NCBI GenBank assembly: GCA_009914755.4
Contig: CP086569.2
Location: 23,648,001 to 23,712,000 of the forward strand
Source: the human T2T-CHM13v2.0 reference genome, Homo sapiens
Direction of reading: 5' to 3'
DNA: 64,000 bases
This document shows positions 59,213-64,000 of the stretch, one piece after another. The notes beneath the pieces were generated by a model. That model ran no database searches and was not told the DNA's origin. It saw only the letters and a list, made by a program, of their open reading frames with translations. A program made the position numbers and the translations under genes. Positions within the stretch are counted from its first letter, which is position 1, and each line of letters opens with the position of its first letter.

Positions 59213-64000
<4,788 letters not shown>

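Overview
This window is primate, almost certainly human, genomic DNA, and nothing in it supports a novel biological system of the kind the prompt anticipates. It is a satellite and retrotransposon landscape with no prokaryotic gene organisation and no long conserved ORFs outside transposon remnants. The diagnostic repeats are Alu SINEs, L1PA-type LINE-1 elements with the characteristic 5'UTR, ORF1 and ORF2, and an ERVK (betaretrovirus-like) provirus.

Positions 1 to about 32775 are a tandem array of beta-satellite (BSR, Sau3A family) monomers of roughly 68-70 bp. In the orientation given they read ...ATTGTGACATAT...AGGTGATGTGACTCTCCTGCC...; the reverse complement (TTAACATCAC..GCTGGGCC..ATATGTCACAATGCCC..TAGGCAGGGC) matches the beta-satellite monomer as I recall it. 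The monomers are organised into a higher-order repeat of about 3 kb, with expanded variants of 6.2-6.8 kb. Five retroelements interrupt the array and inserted after it formed: three Alus, a solo LTR with a 6-bp TSD, and a 5.3-kb internally deleted ERVK provirus on the minus strand (gag, RT/RNase H and env-SU remnants, flanked by a 6-bp duplication). For four of them (the solo LTR, the provirus and the Alus at 26119 and 31986) the uninterrupted target sequence survives in paralogous repeat copies inside this same window. These are built-in empty-site controls.

The array ends abruptly at about 32.8 kb. The remaining 31 kb is L1-dominated: an older minus-strand L1 fragment; a 5'-truncated L1PA with a twin-priming 5' inversion; a full-length (about 6.0 kb) L1PA with ORF1 and ORF2 disrupted; older L1M/L1PB fragments; nine more Alus (two with clean TSDs); and a second twin-primed L1PA that runs off the window end. 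Between the L1s lies a degenerate minus-strand C2H2 (KRAB-ZNF-type) zinc-finger pseudogene array.

Beta-satellite next to ZNF pseudogene remnants is the architecture described for the 19p12 KZNF cluster. That is an inference and cannot be confirmed from sequence alone. All coordinates are hand-derived from the text and should be treated as about +/-10 bp unless stated.
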